Both the position numbers and the translations under genes were made by a program. This document shows, one piece after another, positions 41,219-56,319 of a stretch of DNA of 64,000 nt (positions are counted from its first letter, which is position 1; each line of letters opens with the position of its first letter). The notes beneath the pieces were generated by a model. That model made no database searches, was not told the DNA's origin, and saw nothing but the letters and a program-made list of their open reading frames with translations. Source of the DNA: Eledone cirrhosa (lineage: Eukaryota); contig OZ024744.1 in NCBI GenBank assembly GCA_964016885.1, forward strand, positions 48,422,001 through 48,486,000, read 5' to 3'.

Positions 41219-42409
41219 ACCTCAGGGAAGGAACATTTTCCAGATGCGTTTGTAGCAAGTTAGAAAATCTCTATAGGCGTATAATGTCTCTGTCTGTAAC
41301 TTGAATGACCTGGTAGTTACCTCTGTCTAGTGCATCACCTGTGTACAGCTGGTCCCTCTGTTGGGTTTACTTTGGGCAGGTTATTTTCTTCCAACACATT
41401 CTTCTCATTCATCAGTCTCTCATAATGACACTTCCATTCTGTCTTCTTTTCGGCATCAGTGAGGGTAAGTGCACCATTGTCATCTCAGACACACTTATCC
41501 CTAACAACATCACAATTTTTCCTGTCACACGATCCTGTACACCTCATCTCTTTGGTCTTTACATTGCATAACATGCTTAAACTTTTTATTTTCTCTTTTT
41601 ATACTCTTTTTATTTTCCTCTCTTTTTATTTTCTGCTTTCTTCCTTGCAAAGTATACTTGTCGTCTAGCCTCTCTCTTGGCCTCTAGGTAAAGTTCTTTT
41701 CTTCCCTCATTTTGCAATTCTTTCAATGCCTGTCTCATAACCTTAATTGTTTTCTCCACCATACTAATCCACCACCAAGTCACTCTACTATTCCCTGGAT
41801 CTCTGTTCCAGCCCTACACCTCCTTTGCAGCCTTCAGTAGATTATCGTTCAGAAACTCCCACTGCTCCTCTATAATGTATGTCACTATTTCTTCTTCCTT
41901 ATTGTCAAAAGCATCAAATATAATATTCCTAAAATTGTTACAGACTGAGGGCTCCTTCAACTTTCATATCCTCCTGTTCTAGGTTGCTCTCTATCTCCAA
42001 TTTCGTCTAGCTCTAATTAACAAATCACTGACTACTAGATTATGTTGGGAGGTGCATTCCTCACCATGGTGGGATTTTGTGTTTATGACCATTGCTCTAT
42101 CTCACCATTTGATTGAGGTTGAAATCTATTTCACTGGTGTGCTCACCTGATCTATAGGTGATCAAGTGGTTGTCTGGTCTTTTGCAGTGAGTATTGCAGA
42201 ATTCTAGCAGCCTGGATCCTTCCCTGTTTCTAGCTCAAAATCCACAACCCTTGTGAATCCCATTAAAGCCATCACAGTGTTTCTCAACATGTCCATTAAA
42301 GTCTCCTGTTATGATTAATAGTTCTTTGTCACTCACTAGAGAAGTAGTCTGTATGAGGGATTCATAAAAGTCATCTTTTAGTTCATCTGTTAGTCCCAAA
42401 TGCAGATAT

Positions 42410-42601
42410 AATAATTGTTTCTACTTTTGGCACAAGGCCAGCAATTACTCAGTGCATTACTGGTACTTTATTTTATCGACCCGTAAGGATGAAAGGTAGA
42501 GTTAACCTCGGCGGGATTTGAACTCAGAATGGCAAGGGCCGTAACTCTATGCGTCAAAGCATGGCGTCCGACCCTCTACCGATACTGCCAATCCACCGCC
42601 C
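42410..42601 (-). mobile_element. tRNA-derived SINE (Meta-core-like), full length
   Basis: GGGCGGTGGATTGGCAGTATCGG head; flanked by a repeated AAATGCAGATATA, a possible TSD. Confidence 0.85.
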
Positions 42602-43294
42602 TAAAAAATGCAGATATAATAATAACAGTTGTTCTACCTAGGACTATCCTGAGTTTAATGATTCTGTTATTTACTCTCTTTACTGTATTTACATTATCTA
42701 CCCATTTTTCAGCTAACAAAATACCTACTCCACTTAGACTGTAATCATTTCCCACACAGAAAAATTTGTAGTATCATTCTTTACCAACAAGGAGTCTAGC
42801 TGATCCTCCTTTCTACCTAGTCTCATGTACACAACACACACCCACTCTCATTTACTAACATTTCTACAATTTCACCTGATATTCCTTGCATTGGCCCTAT
42901 GTTGATGGTTGCAGCTCTGAAATTTTGGAGTTTTCTGGAAGAAGGGGTTGGTTTCCATTCCTGAAATTAATATGGTCTGTATGGTCGCCTGGAGCTGAGT
43001 GGTTCATAGCAAGGGGATGAGATAGTTCAACATAATAATCGTACTTCCCTGTAGTAGCGTGGTAATAGTGGTGGTGTGAGAGAAAAGTAAACCCCACGGA
43101 TCTGCTGCTGCTGTTTGATTGGTTTAAATGTGTATGTGTATAGGTATATAGTGGTATAAGGAGACAGGTGGGAGGGAAATGGGATAAGAGTGAACCTGTA
43201 CTTAGAATTTGCTTATAGAGTTTTTATCTAAAAATCGATGTGCATGGATTCAAGCTGTTTAGATATATATTATATATATATATATATATCATTA

Positions 43295-43856
<562 letters not shown>

Positions 43857-43913
43857 CGCCTTCTTCACTACCTCTTCTGCGGCCTCGATATGAATACCCC
43901 CTCCGCCTCGGTA

Positions 43914-44001
43914 TCCTCTTGATAAGTCGGCAGACCTCGCAAGGACTCTATATCTTTGATATATTGTTTTTGTTTATGCCACGAAACTACGTAGTCGAGG
44001 A
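43914..44001 (+). ncRNA. Type I hammerhead, UUGAUAA (C3U/G8A) core (family K)
   Basis: TCCTC-TTGATAA-GTcGGCA...TGCCAC-GAAA-CTACGTAG-TC|GAGGA; palindromic ACTACGTAGT stem III. Confidence 0.8.
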
Positions 44002-44235
44002 ATTTAGGAACAGTTTAGGTATGATACATTTTATTACTAATTATATCTAAATGTTTCTTCTCTCTTCATAATGTATTTTTAACTCTGATACTGGTTCAGT
44101 CTGGTTCAAACTGAATTAGTCTGTCCCAGTCATTCATTGAGCAACATCGGTGAAGTTGGCACCCTTAACTCACAGTTGGGTGCGGATGCATTCATGTATA
44201 TATGTGTGTGTCCGCATGTATCTGTGTGTTTCTAA

Positions 44236-44275
<40 letters not shown>

Positions 44276-44639
44276 ATTAATTGGAAGAACTCAGTGCAAG
44301 GAAACTGTTAAAACAGCAAAATGCATCAATAGTGTTGTCGGGTAAAAGAACCTTAAAGGATAGAAATCAGTGGCTAGAAGTGTGTTAGCCCATAGAAGCA
44401 ATAGGAAGAAATGAGAAAGGGAGAAAATAGACAAGAGGGGATATCACAAACATAAAATTTTCTCATCAGCTTTTAGACTGCTTGTGGTTTTGATGATTTA
44501 ACTAAAAGGACAACGCAAGATAGATGGCTCATAACAATGGAGAAATAAATATCTCTGTTGGTATAATGTTTGAATTGTGCTGTAATGTTGTTATGAGATG
44601 TGAGTTTGATTTTTGTAGTGGGTGGATAGCACAGGGCCC

Positions 44640-45045
44640 AAACCTTGGATGTCATTTAAAGGTGATGCCAACATCATTTGGGCATATTTTCTACATCATG
44701 CAGATAATTTAGTTCACACAGTGGCATTCGAGAGTTTGAGCTTTTGTACTTAAGCCTGTAGTTAAGGCATGTAGTTAAGGCCTGTCATGCCATTTCTCTT
44801 TTTTGTGTTTGACCTTTGAGGTACTTCAAGTTTCATGATATTTTGTTTCATGTGAAGAGACCACAGTAGACAACAGTATTCAAGGTGAAGACGAGCAAAA
44901 GTAGAGAAGAGAAGGATAATGGTGTGGATATCTCTCAAATGGAAAGGTCTAAGAATCAAGGAACACATCCTGTGGGCCATGTCACATTTGTTGTTTATCA
45001 ACAATTTCTCCAAGATTGTTGTTGAATGCCATTTGGGTAACAGCA
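44640..45045 (-). mobile_element. CR1/L2-like LINE fragment
   Basis: LFSTFARLHLEYCCLLWSLHMKQNIMKLEVPQR resembles the CR1 LY..LVRP.LEY....W.P....I..LE.VQR motif. Confidence 0.7.
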
Positions 45046-45232
45046 AGTAGATATATATATATGTGGGTATATATATATATATATATATAGTAATAATAAT
45101 AAATTTGAAGACTAAAATCCAAAGAGGGCTCGATAAGGATAAATATATATCAAATATATAAGAACCGTAGAGCAAATATTTAAGGGTGAAAGCAGCGATT
45201 CTTTGCTTAAACTTTAATCTGTTATTTTAATA

Positions 45233-45265
<33 letters not shown>

Positions 45266-45720
45266 GTACATGGTCATAAGTGAGAGCATGCGCACAAGCT
45301 TCCCAACATGCGTGTGTGTGGAGGCAGGGGGAGGTTGATGCGTGTGTGTATGTATGTGTGTGTGTAGGGATATGTTTGTGCGTGTGTGTTTGGTAATTTG
45401 TCTTACTGTGTGTGCAGTGATTGATCCATACCCGCACATTTGTGTGTGTATATCGTTTGGGACAGGATGCCATCAAGTGAGATTTTGGTTTTTCTTGATT
45501 AATAAATCTGATGAAAAGATTGGCTGGATTCAAGTCTATAACATTAATATGGGTCCTGAGCTGCCCATCTGTGAAACGGTTCTAACTCTGCATAATCAAT
45601 AAATGTGAAACCTCATATTGTTAATATATCATCATCATCATCATCATCAACGTTTAACGTCCGTGTTCCACGCTTGCATGGGATATATATATATATATAT
45701 TTATTAAAATAACAGATTAA

Positions 45721-45771
45721 AGTTTAAGCAAAGAATCGCTGCTTTCACCCTTAACAGGATCTTCTGAAACT
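45721..45771 (-). ncRNA. Hammerhead-like motif, CAGAAGA core (family C), inverted
   Basis: Inverted partner of 45994-46044. Confidence 0.7.
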
Positions 45772-45993
45772 AACAAAGTCAATATTTCCGTTCATTGCCT
45801 GAGAACGTCTCTATGAACCACCTAATAGAATATTTGTCTACGACTACCGCTCCAAATAATGACGTATTATATTCGTTTTTTCCTGTTCTTTGCCAAGGAA
45901 TGTTTCCACGAACCAAAGTATCGTCTTCCTGTCTTTCTCCGGTTGCAACGTTTTTTGAAATATTCACTTCTGCGTTCACAGATTGACTTTGTT

Positions 45994-46044
45994 AGTTTCA
46001 GAAGATCCCGTTAAGGGTGAAAGCAGCGATTCTTTGCTTAAACT
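45994..46044 (+). ncRNA. Hammerhead-like motif, CAGAAGA core (family C)
   Basis: Same motif as 36198-36248, within the longest plus-strand family C unit (about 45783-46160). Confidence 0.75.
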
Positions 46045-46849
46045 TTAATCTGTTATTTTAATAAATATTTGATCTATGGTTCTTATATATTTGATATATA
46101 TTTATCCTTATCGAGCCCTCTTTGGATTTTAGTCTTCAAATTTATTATTATTACTATATATATATATAGGAAAATGTTTGACCCCAACGGCAGAGCTCAA
46201 GCCATTTCCTTACCAACTCTACTACTCTGGTGCGTTATGGTCCATCTGGTTCCTTACCACACTTCCTTTGTTATATATATATCACATCATCATCGATTAA
46301 CATCTATCTTCCATGCTAGTATGGGTTAAACGGGTTTTTCCCATTTGAAGCAAGATTGGTTGGGTGACCGTGTCTCGCTCGTGTAGGACTGTTTCTGGCT
46401 GGTTTTCTATGGTTGGATGCCCTTCCTAATGCCAACCACATTTATATTGTGTGTTGGGTGCTTTTTGCTGTGTCTTTTACACATCCACTATACAGTGTGG
46501 ACTGGGTAATTTCTGTCGCGACACCTACACAACCACTGTACAGTGTGGATTGGATGTTTTGGGGTATCAACATATATATATTATTCAAGTAAAGAAACAT
46601 TGGTTGATCAATTAAACTGTCAGCTGTAATTGTAAACAGACATAAAGCACTCCTTGATTTGTGTTCCTTAATGTTTTATCAATAAGGTATCAAATGGAGT
46701 ATCAACATTATAATGAAGAAAGACTGTTTTAAATGTACATCCTCCATTTGTATATATTAAATAGAGAATGTACACTTAAAACCTGTCTCTCTCTATTCAT
46801 TATAATATATATATCATTATCAGCATCATCTCGGTTTAATGTCTATTTA

Positions 46850-47937
<1,088 letters not shown>

Positions 47938-48560
47938 ACGTTGGTATGGACACGTGATGCGCATGAAAGTCGATAGCTGTATAACAAAGTGCAGGGCAAT
48001 AAAGATAGACGGTAGTCACGGAATAGGCAGACCTAGAAAAACCCCGAACGAGCTGATAAACTCATAAACTCCGACCTCACACACTTACACCTCTCCAAGA
48101 CAATGTCACTGGACCGAGACCTTTGGCGGTACTCAGTAACAGAGAAGACCCGCCTTACCTAAATATATAGTAAAACCTACTCCAGCCAGTAGGCATCTCT
48201 AACAAAATACACCCCGTCCCACCACCACCACCCCCACCCCATCCACACCACCCCGTTCTATGTAAAGTTATGTTGGTGCCGCGCCATCCAGGCCGAAACA
48301 AATGAGATCGTGTAGGTGTCACGACAAAAAAACACACAGTCCACGCTGTAATGTGGCCGTGTAGGCAACACGGTAAAAACCTCCCAGACCCACACTGTAA
48401 ATGTGGTTGGTGTTAGGAAGGGCATCCAACTGTAGAAAACCTGCCAGACAGTCCTATGCGAGCAAGACAATCACTCTTGCCTCAAGTGGGACTACCCCCG
48501 TCCAAACCCATGCAAGCGTGGAACACGGACGTTAAACGTTGATGATGATGATGATGATGA
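47938..48560 (+). mobile_element. RTE family 1 3' fragment
   Basis: RWYGHV..GRPRK plus UTR and (ATG)n; nearly identical to 56841-57456. Confidence 0.92.
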
Positions 48561-48734
48561 TACAATATGTTGAAAAGGTAACACACGAGAGAGTGCACCA
48601 TCAATAAAACAGGGAAAACCACCAGTGTATGGAATCTATAATCTATGGAAGGCAGGGTAGACACACAATAATTAAAAATATAAATTAAAATGTATATACG
48701 TACCTCTATAACTATATAACACACGCGTACAAAT

Positions 48735-48800
48735 CCAAAGAGATCTGTTTCGCCAGGAGGTAGTTGACTGAAATGGAATAGCCTATGGCTCATCAGGGCA
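48735..48800 (-). ncRNA. Degenerate hammerhead (family L)
   Basis: Minus CTGATGA-GCCA...TGGC-GAAACAGATCT; cleavage site and stem I are imperfect. Confidence 0.5.
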
Positions 48801-49173
48801 TGCAAAACTATACATTCCAGACAACACTAAGAGAATCTAAAGCGACCGTCCAGCTACACGTGGGAGAGAGAAGTCACAGCGTGTTTACGGCAGTGAACCA
48901 GTGGCCTCTGAGGGACGAGCTGCTAGAAAGGGCAGCCCAAAAACCACTCAGAGAGGTGTGCTCAACCAAACAGAGAGAGAGGAAAGACTGTTATAAGGAG
49001 CGAAATATCACAAAGTACACTGGTGGTTTTCTCTGTTTTATTGATAGCGCACTGTATCTCTCTCTAGTGTGTTACCTTTTCAACATATTGTATTTTAAAG
49101 AGCTCAGGATTCCTTTTCGTTTGAGCACATTATTGACAGGGAATAACGAGAGTCTATGGCTCCGTTAATTTAT

Positions 49174-49216
<43 letters not shown>

Positions 49217-49345
49217 AAAGTTCTATTTAAAATTGTTGGGATACAACAAGTAAATATTTTTATAACTGATATAAAGCACTCGACAAGTATTTGGAGTAGA
49301 TATACGATATTAATAAATGGAAACTATATTTATAAAACCATATTT

Positions 49346-49408
49346 ATTTCATTATACATATTTCAGGGATACCAAATTAAATTATGGTATGCCTTCATCA
49401 GACAAAAT
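49346..49408 (-). ncRNA. Type I hammerhead ribozyme (family M)
   Basis: Minus ATTTTGT-CTGATGA-AGGcATACC...GGTATcCCT-GAAA-TATGTA-TA|ATGAAAT; stem II co-varies with the 19928 copy (AAG/CTT to AGG/CCT, ACACC/GGTGT to ATACC/GGTAT). Confidence 0.8.
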
Positions 49409-49961
49409 ACAATATATAACAGTTTTACAAATAAGCTTTGACGTACCCTTTTAAAATGCAACCATTATTTTTGGAAGCCATCTGGATAGTGAATTGTTTA
49501 TATTATTTTAATAAGTCTTAGTGTTAAGGACAATTAGAAAAAGACGGAGAGAAAGAAAAAAGATGGAGAGAGAGAAAAAAGAAAAAGAAAAAGAAAAAAG
49601 AAAAAAAAACGTGGAGAAATATCGGAGAGAGAGAAATGCATGGAGAAAAAAGAGAGAGATAAATAAAGACAGGAGGAAAGAAAGAAAAAAGAAAAAAGAA
49701 AAAAGGAAGAAATAAGAAAAACAGAGGAAAGCAACAGAGAGATATCAAGTCATCAGACAGATAGAAAAACTCAAGAGAGAGAAATAATATATAGAGAGAG
49801 AGGGGGAGATAATGAAAACTTTATGTAATGTCATATTAAGTTGAGTTAACTGAAGGCATACCATAATTTAATTTGGTATCCCTGAAATATGTATAATGAA
49901 ATAAATATGGTTTTATAAATATAGTTTCCATTTATTAATATCGTATATATATATATATATG

Positions 49962-50432
49962 CTGGTTATATGATGCTGGTGTGAGGAGCGCGATGCTGCA
50001 TGGTTGTGAGACATGGGCAGCAACTGCAGAGGATATACGACGGCTGGAGAGAAATAAAGCAAGCATGTTCCGTTGGATGTGCAGTGTAAATGTGCGTGAA
50101 CGACCCAGCATGAATGTGTTGAGAGAGAAACTGTGTCTGAGAGGGATAAAATGTAGTGTACGGCAGAGGAGACTGAGATGGTATGGACATGTGATGCGCA
50201 TGGAGGATGACTGATGGGTGAAGAAGTGCCAGGAAATGCCATTTGAAGGAAGACGTGGTAGAGGTAGACCACAAAAAATATGGGCGGAGGTGGTGAGAAC
50301 AGACCTCAGCTCGCTGAAGCTCACGGTGGAGATGATGAAGGACCGTGACAAGTGGAGAGATGCTGTGCTGAATAAGACCCATCCCACCCTTGGAAGCAAG
50401 GAAAAGCGGACGTAAAATGATGATGATGATGA
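49962..50432 (+). mobile_element. RTE family 2 3' fragment
   Basis: MLHGCETW..RRLRWYGHV..GRPQK and (ATG)n tail. Confidence 0.9.
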
Positions 50433-51762
50433 TATATATGTGTGTGTGTGTGTGTAATCTAATATAATCCATTTTTTCTGTATGTTTTCCATTAAACATT
50501 CTAGAAATATATTTTGAATCACGCAACATTTTTATTTGAAAAACACTGACTAAATACTTTTGAAAAATTAATTTTAATGATGTTAAACATATGGATAGCT
50601 AAACCACTAGCTTCTGTGTTTGTTAAAATACTGAATAACAAAGAGCTTGTTAAATATATATCATTCGCACATGCATGTGTGTGCGTGTGTGAACATATAC
50701 ATGTGTCTGGCATTTTCACATAGCTACTGAGATATCTGTGACATGATCACTGTTTAAAATATTCATAGCAAGACTCATATGTTTTACACAAATGTATCCT
50801 ATATTCCTCCATATATGTGTGTGTGTGTGCGTGCATGTGTGTGTGTATGTATATATGTATATATATATTATTTTTTTTCCTTTCCTTCCTCTTCTCACTC
50901 TCTATCTTTCTACTTCATCTTTTATTTCTCATTTTACCATCTTATGAATGACTAGTGTCCAAGACATAAAGATAATTTTCCTATTATATCAAGCATTAAA
51001 CTAATCTATTTCTTCATTGTATATATACATATTTACATACATATATACATACATATGTATATACATATATACATACACATATACATATATACATACATAT
51101 ATACATACATATGTATACACATACATATGTATGAATATATATATATATACATATATAGATAGATATGTATATATGTAACGAAATCTCTCTACACATATTG
51201 ACTCCCAAATGACACCTGGGTGTTATTTTCCTTTATCTCAGGTTAGCACCTGTAGTCTGGAGAAACTGGCCAACTTGAGGTTAAATGAGATCAGATTTTC
51301 TTAAAGCCATTCCACTCTGGTTTCTCGTAAGAGAAGGACAACACTCTGAGTTGCTTAAGCAGTAGAGAGATGTAGCGCTTAGTCAAACACTCCAATGCAT
51401 CCAGTTCAATGCATCTGGTCAGACTACTACTACATACACACAAACCAACCACACAAACATATCACACAGTTCACATGGTTCTTTGTTGTTTTCCTGTTTT
51501 ATTTGTTAATTCAACAGCATTTCACACAGCGTTTATAATGGGACAAATTTTACCTTCTTCATAATCACCTCTGCTCGGCTCAAATGAACAACAAACTCAA
51601 TTCCTTCTATCAGTACATCTACTCTACATTCTATTGCTACACAACTCACCATCAACTTCACTACACTCAACTCACATTCCTGTACACCACATTCAACTGT
51701 GCTACATTTCATTTTGCTACATATATATACATATGTACACACACACATACATATGATGACAA

Positions 51763-51804
<42 letters not shown>

Positions 51805-51913
51805 AAGTGACTTGCTCAAAGAAACAACACATCACCCGGTCTGAGAATTGAACTCACAATCTTTCGATTGCAAGGCCAACGCTCTAACCAGTAAGCCATG
51901 TGCCTCCATATAT

Positions 51914-52007
<94 letters not shown>

Positions 52008-52008
52008 T

Positions 52009-52045
<37 letters not shown>

Positions 52046-52053
52046 GAATATAT

Positions 52054-52400
52054 GGAGGCACATGGCTTAGTGGTTAGAGCATTGGCCTTGCAATCGAAAG
52101 ATTGTGAGTTCAATTCTCAGACCGGGTGATGTGTTGTTTCTTTGAGCAAGACACTTTATTTCACATTGCTCCAGTTTACTCAGCTGTAGAAATGAGATGA
52201 TAGGGACTGGGGTCCATATCATTCCACTGCAAAGTGGTCGTGGAGGTGCCACGGCAAAAAAAGCACCCAGCCCACACTGTAAATGAGGTTGATGTTAGGA
52301 AGGGCATCCAGCTGTAGAAATCAAGCTAGCATCAGTTCCCGTCCCACCCTTGCAAGCAGGGAAAAAGCGGACGTAAAATGAAATGATGATGAAATGATGA
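52054..52400 (+). mobile_element. Full-length tRNA-derived SINE with RTE family 2 3' tail
   Basis: A-box TGGCTTAGTGG, B-box GAGTTCAATTCT; body TTGAGCAAGACACTT, CTCAGCTGTAGAAATGAG and GTTAGGAAGGGCATCCAGC; tail CCCTTGCAAGCAGGGAAAAAGCGGACGTAAAATG matches 24295-24350. Confidence 0.88.
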
Positions 52401-52627
52401 ATATGGAAAATGTGAAGTTCGGTTTACATGTTAAAGAGTCCTTTATTAACAAAGCTATAATACATATTTCAATGATGATTGTGGCTACGTGATTGTTCAA
52501 TCAGGCAACCTGTCACACAATCTCATTAGACATCATCATTATGTAATAAGGTCACGTTTCTGAGGCAATCCAATCTAAAGACAAAGAATCAGATAAAAAT
52601 GATAGTTCCATAGCTGAAGTCCACTCC

Positions 52628-53290
52628 ATCATCATCATCATCGTTTAACGTCCATCTTCCACGCTAGCATAGGTTAGACGGGAGTTGTCCCAATTTGAGG
52701 CAAGATTGGTCATATAGGACTATCTGGCAGGTTTTCTATGGCTGGATGCCCTTCCTAACACCAACCACATTTACAGTGTGGACTGGGAACTTTTTACCGT
52801 GTTACCTACATGCCCACATTACAGCGTGGACTGTGTGTGTTTTTTGTTGAGACACCTACACGATCTCATTATCTCATTTTATTGGACTGAATGTTGTGAT
52901 ACCAACTTTACAGAGAGAGGGTGGTGTTGGTGGGAGTGGGAGGATGGAGTAGGGGTAGTGGATTGGGGTGTATATTTGGTTAAGAGGTGCCTACTGACTG
53001 TAGGTTTCACATTGTACATAGGCAAGGCGGGTCTTCTGTATTACTGTGTGGCGCCAAAGATCTTGATCCAGTGACATTGTCTTAGAGAGGTGCAAGTGTG
53101 TAAGGTCGGAATTTATCAAATTGTCCCAGGTTTTTCTGGGTCTACCTACTCCTTAACTTCCATCAATTTTGATCGCCCTGCACTTTTTTATGCAGCTGTC
53201 GTCTTTCATGCACATCACGTGACCATACCAACGTAGTCTTCTCTTGAGTAAACAGCATCTGATCCCTCTTATTACTAATTTCTCACTTAG

Positions 53291-53294
<4 letters not shown>
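52628..53294 (-). mobile_element. RTE family 1 3' fragment
   Basis: Matches 61880-62570 and 2045-2695. Confidence 0.9.
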
Positions 53295-53330
<36 letters not shown>

Positions 53331-53334
<4 letters not shown>

Positions 53335-53500
53335 AATAGAAATGGCTTCTACAGGAATAGAACTGTTTCAGGAGATGATTTCTCCCGAATGAAACAGTTC
53401 TAGTTCGGTAGAAGCCATTTCTATATTAAATATTTATACTCTGCTATGTATTGAGTACCTTATTTACTTACTCTGGTACCCCCGATTGAACTTGGGATAA
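53331..53500 (+). repeat. Family G hammerhead module, 5'-truncated in the core, with an inverted copy of its 3' half
   Basis: GATGA-TTTC tccc GAAT-GAAA-CAG...GTA|GAAGCC; 53331-53370 is the inverted copy of about 53390-53430. Confidence 0.7.
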
Positions 53501-54089
53501 ACATATATATATGTATACATATATATATTATACATACATATACATATACATATATATATAAATCATTGTTATTGTCGCTTAAACACATGCTTTCCTTGCT
53601 AGCAAGGGTTGGACAGGTCCATACAGATCAAGTCAGTACAGAAGCGGAGTCACTAATCTCTGAGGCAGAACAGGGATCTGTGTCTTGCTTATGTATGGTC
53701 TCACATTCTATCGAGTGCTGAGGACAGGTTGTGATGCCTTTGGCACAACTGAAGATCATCCAAACCCTTTGCTTGGCAAGATGTCTAAGGCTGGATACCC
53801 TTTCTATCACCAACCACTTTATAGAGTGTACTGGGTGCATTTATCATGTAGAAGTCCAACACTAAGGAGCCTAATATGTCCATGATACGACTGAAGTGTC
53901 CTCCTGACCCTTTGTTTGTTTGCTTGCCAAATTCTCAATGGCTGAAAGCCCTTCCTAACATGAATCACCTCATGGAGGGTAGGGAGGCAGCTGCTAGGGA
54001 TGTGTATGGTGCAAGGGTGAAGTAGGGAAGTTGAGAATAACTGTTAGGGAGTGCTAGTGAAAAGGGGACGGGAGGTCAGGTCATATTGT

Positions 54090-54860
54090 ATGCTGCAGGT
54101 CTGGTCTTCTTCATTACTGCATAATGGCAGCCATTGCGGTCATTAGTAAGTTATGTTGTATGGTTTAGCTTTCTAAGGTCAGTCTTTACAACTTCTACAG
54201 GTCCCAGCCACTGGGGTTTCTCTGCATTTCTTTATGCAACTGCTATCTTCCATTCACATCACATGTTCATACTAACTTCTCTCTTGCACATTACAACCAA
54301 TTCCTCTTATGCCAAGGTTGTTTTTCAGTTTGCTTATGCTAAGTCGCTCATGCACACTAACATTGCACATCCTTCGGAGCATGCTCAACTCTTTTCTTTC
54401 TAGTCTCAGCAGATCTTCTGCAGTCAAGGCCTATGTTTTACTGCCATATAACATTGCAGGTATCCTATCATCAACCTTTCACTCTGAGAGAAACGCATGT
54501 TGTTGTTAGTTGTGGTAATAGATCTCTGAACTTCTTCCAGCCTGTTCTTATCCTAGCTATCACACCTTCAGCACATCTTCCACAACTAATTTGATCATCT
54601 AGGTAGCAAAATCTGCTCAAATTTTCTAGAGAGCTCTCCTGGCAGCTGAAGGATTCTATTTCATAAGTGTTCTTTATGCTTACTTCCCTTGTGCATCTGC
54701 CACATATAAAGTCTATTTTTTCTGGTTACCTACCTGCAATACCACAACATCTTGTGTGCATCCATCCTTATGGAATTTCTACCCACACTTTTCTGACATA
54801 TTGAGCATGGCTACTTTCCTGATTGTATCACTTTCCTACTTATTAAGACTATCGGCATGC
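54090..54860 (-). mobile_element. Old degenerate RTE 3' fragment
   Basis: Antisense WKKFR.L, YLDDQIS, ICGRC and MLRRMC motifs. Confidence 0.75.
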
Positions 54861-55000
54861 TTGAAATTTTGCTTCTACCTCTCCTATAGACGCTTCTATA
54901 TATCTACATCTATATATATATACTTACATACATGTTTGTATATATATATATATACAAAAATATATATATATATACAAAAATATATATATACATCTATATA

Positions 55001-55779
55001 TCTATATATATAAATTTGTATTCCTGTCTGTTTGTTTGTTCACAAACTTCTTCTATGGTTTTGGAAATAGACCCCCATATATTTTTTGAAACTACATTGC
55101 CCGGGGTACTTGGATAAGTATATTTCATTTTAATCAAAGGGTTCCAAGGGGGCACAAAACCCCCGTTGAAAATTTTTTCCTTTCGATTTATATGAAATTT
55201 AAACCATATGGAAATGACAGGTTATGATGCCTATTCACAAAATTTCAGCAAATTTCAATAATATTAAGACACCCTCATGGGGGTTAAACCCCCTATGAGG
55301 GCTCCCCGGAGGCACAAACCCCCATTTTCACGAACTCCTCCTATGGTTTTGGAGATACTCCCATAACCATAGATATTCTGAAACTACATTGCCTAGGATA
55401 CTTGGATAAGTATATTTCATTTTAATCAAAGGGTTCCCCGGGGGCAAAAAACCCTGCTGAAAACACCCGCTCAAAATTTTTTCCCTTCGATTTATATGAA
55501 ATTTAAACAAGATATGATGCCTATTCACAAAAGTTTTGAATTGATATTTTGAAAGAAATTATTTACAAGAAACAAAATGAGAATAAGATTTAATAATATA
55601 ATTTTCATTTGATATATTACAAAAAAATTATGTTTTCCAATTTTTCATGCATTACATTTTACATTGAGTAATATTGAAATGGAGAGTTTTTCTCCATAAA
55701 TTATTATGATTTAAAATCAATCATCATTTTCTTGCAAAAAAAATGTGTGAAACGCAGCAAGGCACGGGTAATTTGGCTA

Positions 55780-55780
<1 letters not shown>
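55001..55780 (+). mobile_element. Non-autonomous Helitron with an internal tandem duplication
   Basis: A|TCTATATATATAAATTTGTATTCCTGTCTGTTTG start; GCAAGGCACGGGTAATTTGGCTAG|T end; about 55041-55250 is repeated at about 55329-55530. Confidence 0.7.
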
Positions 55781-55816
<36 letters not shown>

Positions 55817-56285
55817 CTTAGAAAAATATATACATATCTATCTATCTATATATATATATATATATATATATGATAATGAATAGATGATGAAAATAATGAT
55901 AAGATTTCTACATAAATGGATATATATATATATACATACATACATATATATATACATACAAATATATATGTATATATATATACACACAGTCCACGCTGTA
56001 ATGTGGCCGTGTAGGTAACACGGTAAAAACCTCCCAGTACACACTGTAAACGTGGTTGGTGTTAGGAAGGGCATCTCCCGTCTAACCCATGCTAGTGTGG
56101 AAGAACGGACGTAAAACGGTGATGATGATGATGATGATGATCCAGCCGTAGAAAACCCGCCAGACAGTCCTGAGCAAGACAACCAATCTTGCCTCAAGTG
56201 GACAATTGCCATCCAGACCCATGCTAGCGTGGAAAATGGACTTTAAACGATGATGATGATATAAATATATATATATATACATACA

Positions 56286-56319
<34 letters not shown>

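Larger units (their letters stand above)
40200..42910 (-). mobile_element. Old degenerate RTE LINE pieces, interrupted by an HHR module and a SINE
   Basis: Antisense RT motifs (VHQGS, KAAGPSG-like) and endonuclease motifs (GDFNGHV); inserts at about 41052-41300 and 42410-42601. Confidence 0.8.

Noticed and set aside
45508-45582. CTGATGA...GAAAC with a plausible stem II
   Set aside because: No stem I or stem III pairing; at most a decayed HHR. The same applies to weak candidates near 4853 and 59755.
49521-49748. Lys/Arg/Glu-rich ORF
   Set aside because: Low-complexity GA-rich tract within an HHR family M module.
51225-51335. Possible exon with a pyrimidine tract, AG and GTAAGA
   Set aside because: Stops in all three plus frames and no supporting exons.
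52054-52125. tRNA-like sequence
   Set aside because: It is a SINE head continuing into core and LINE tail; no intact cloverleaf seen.
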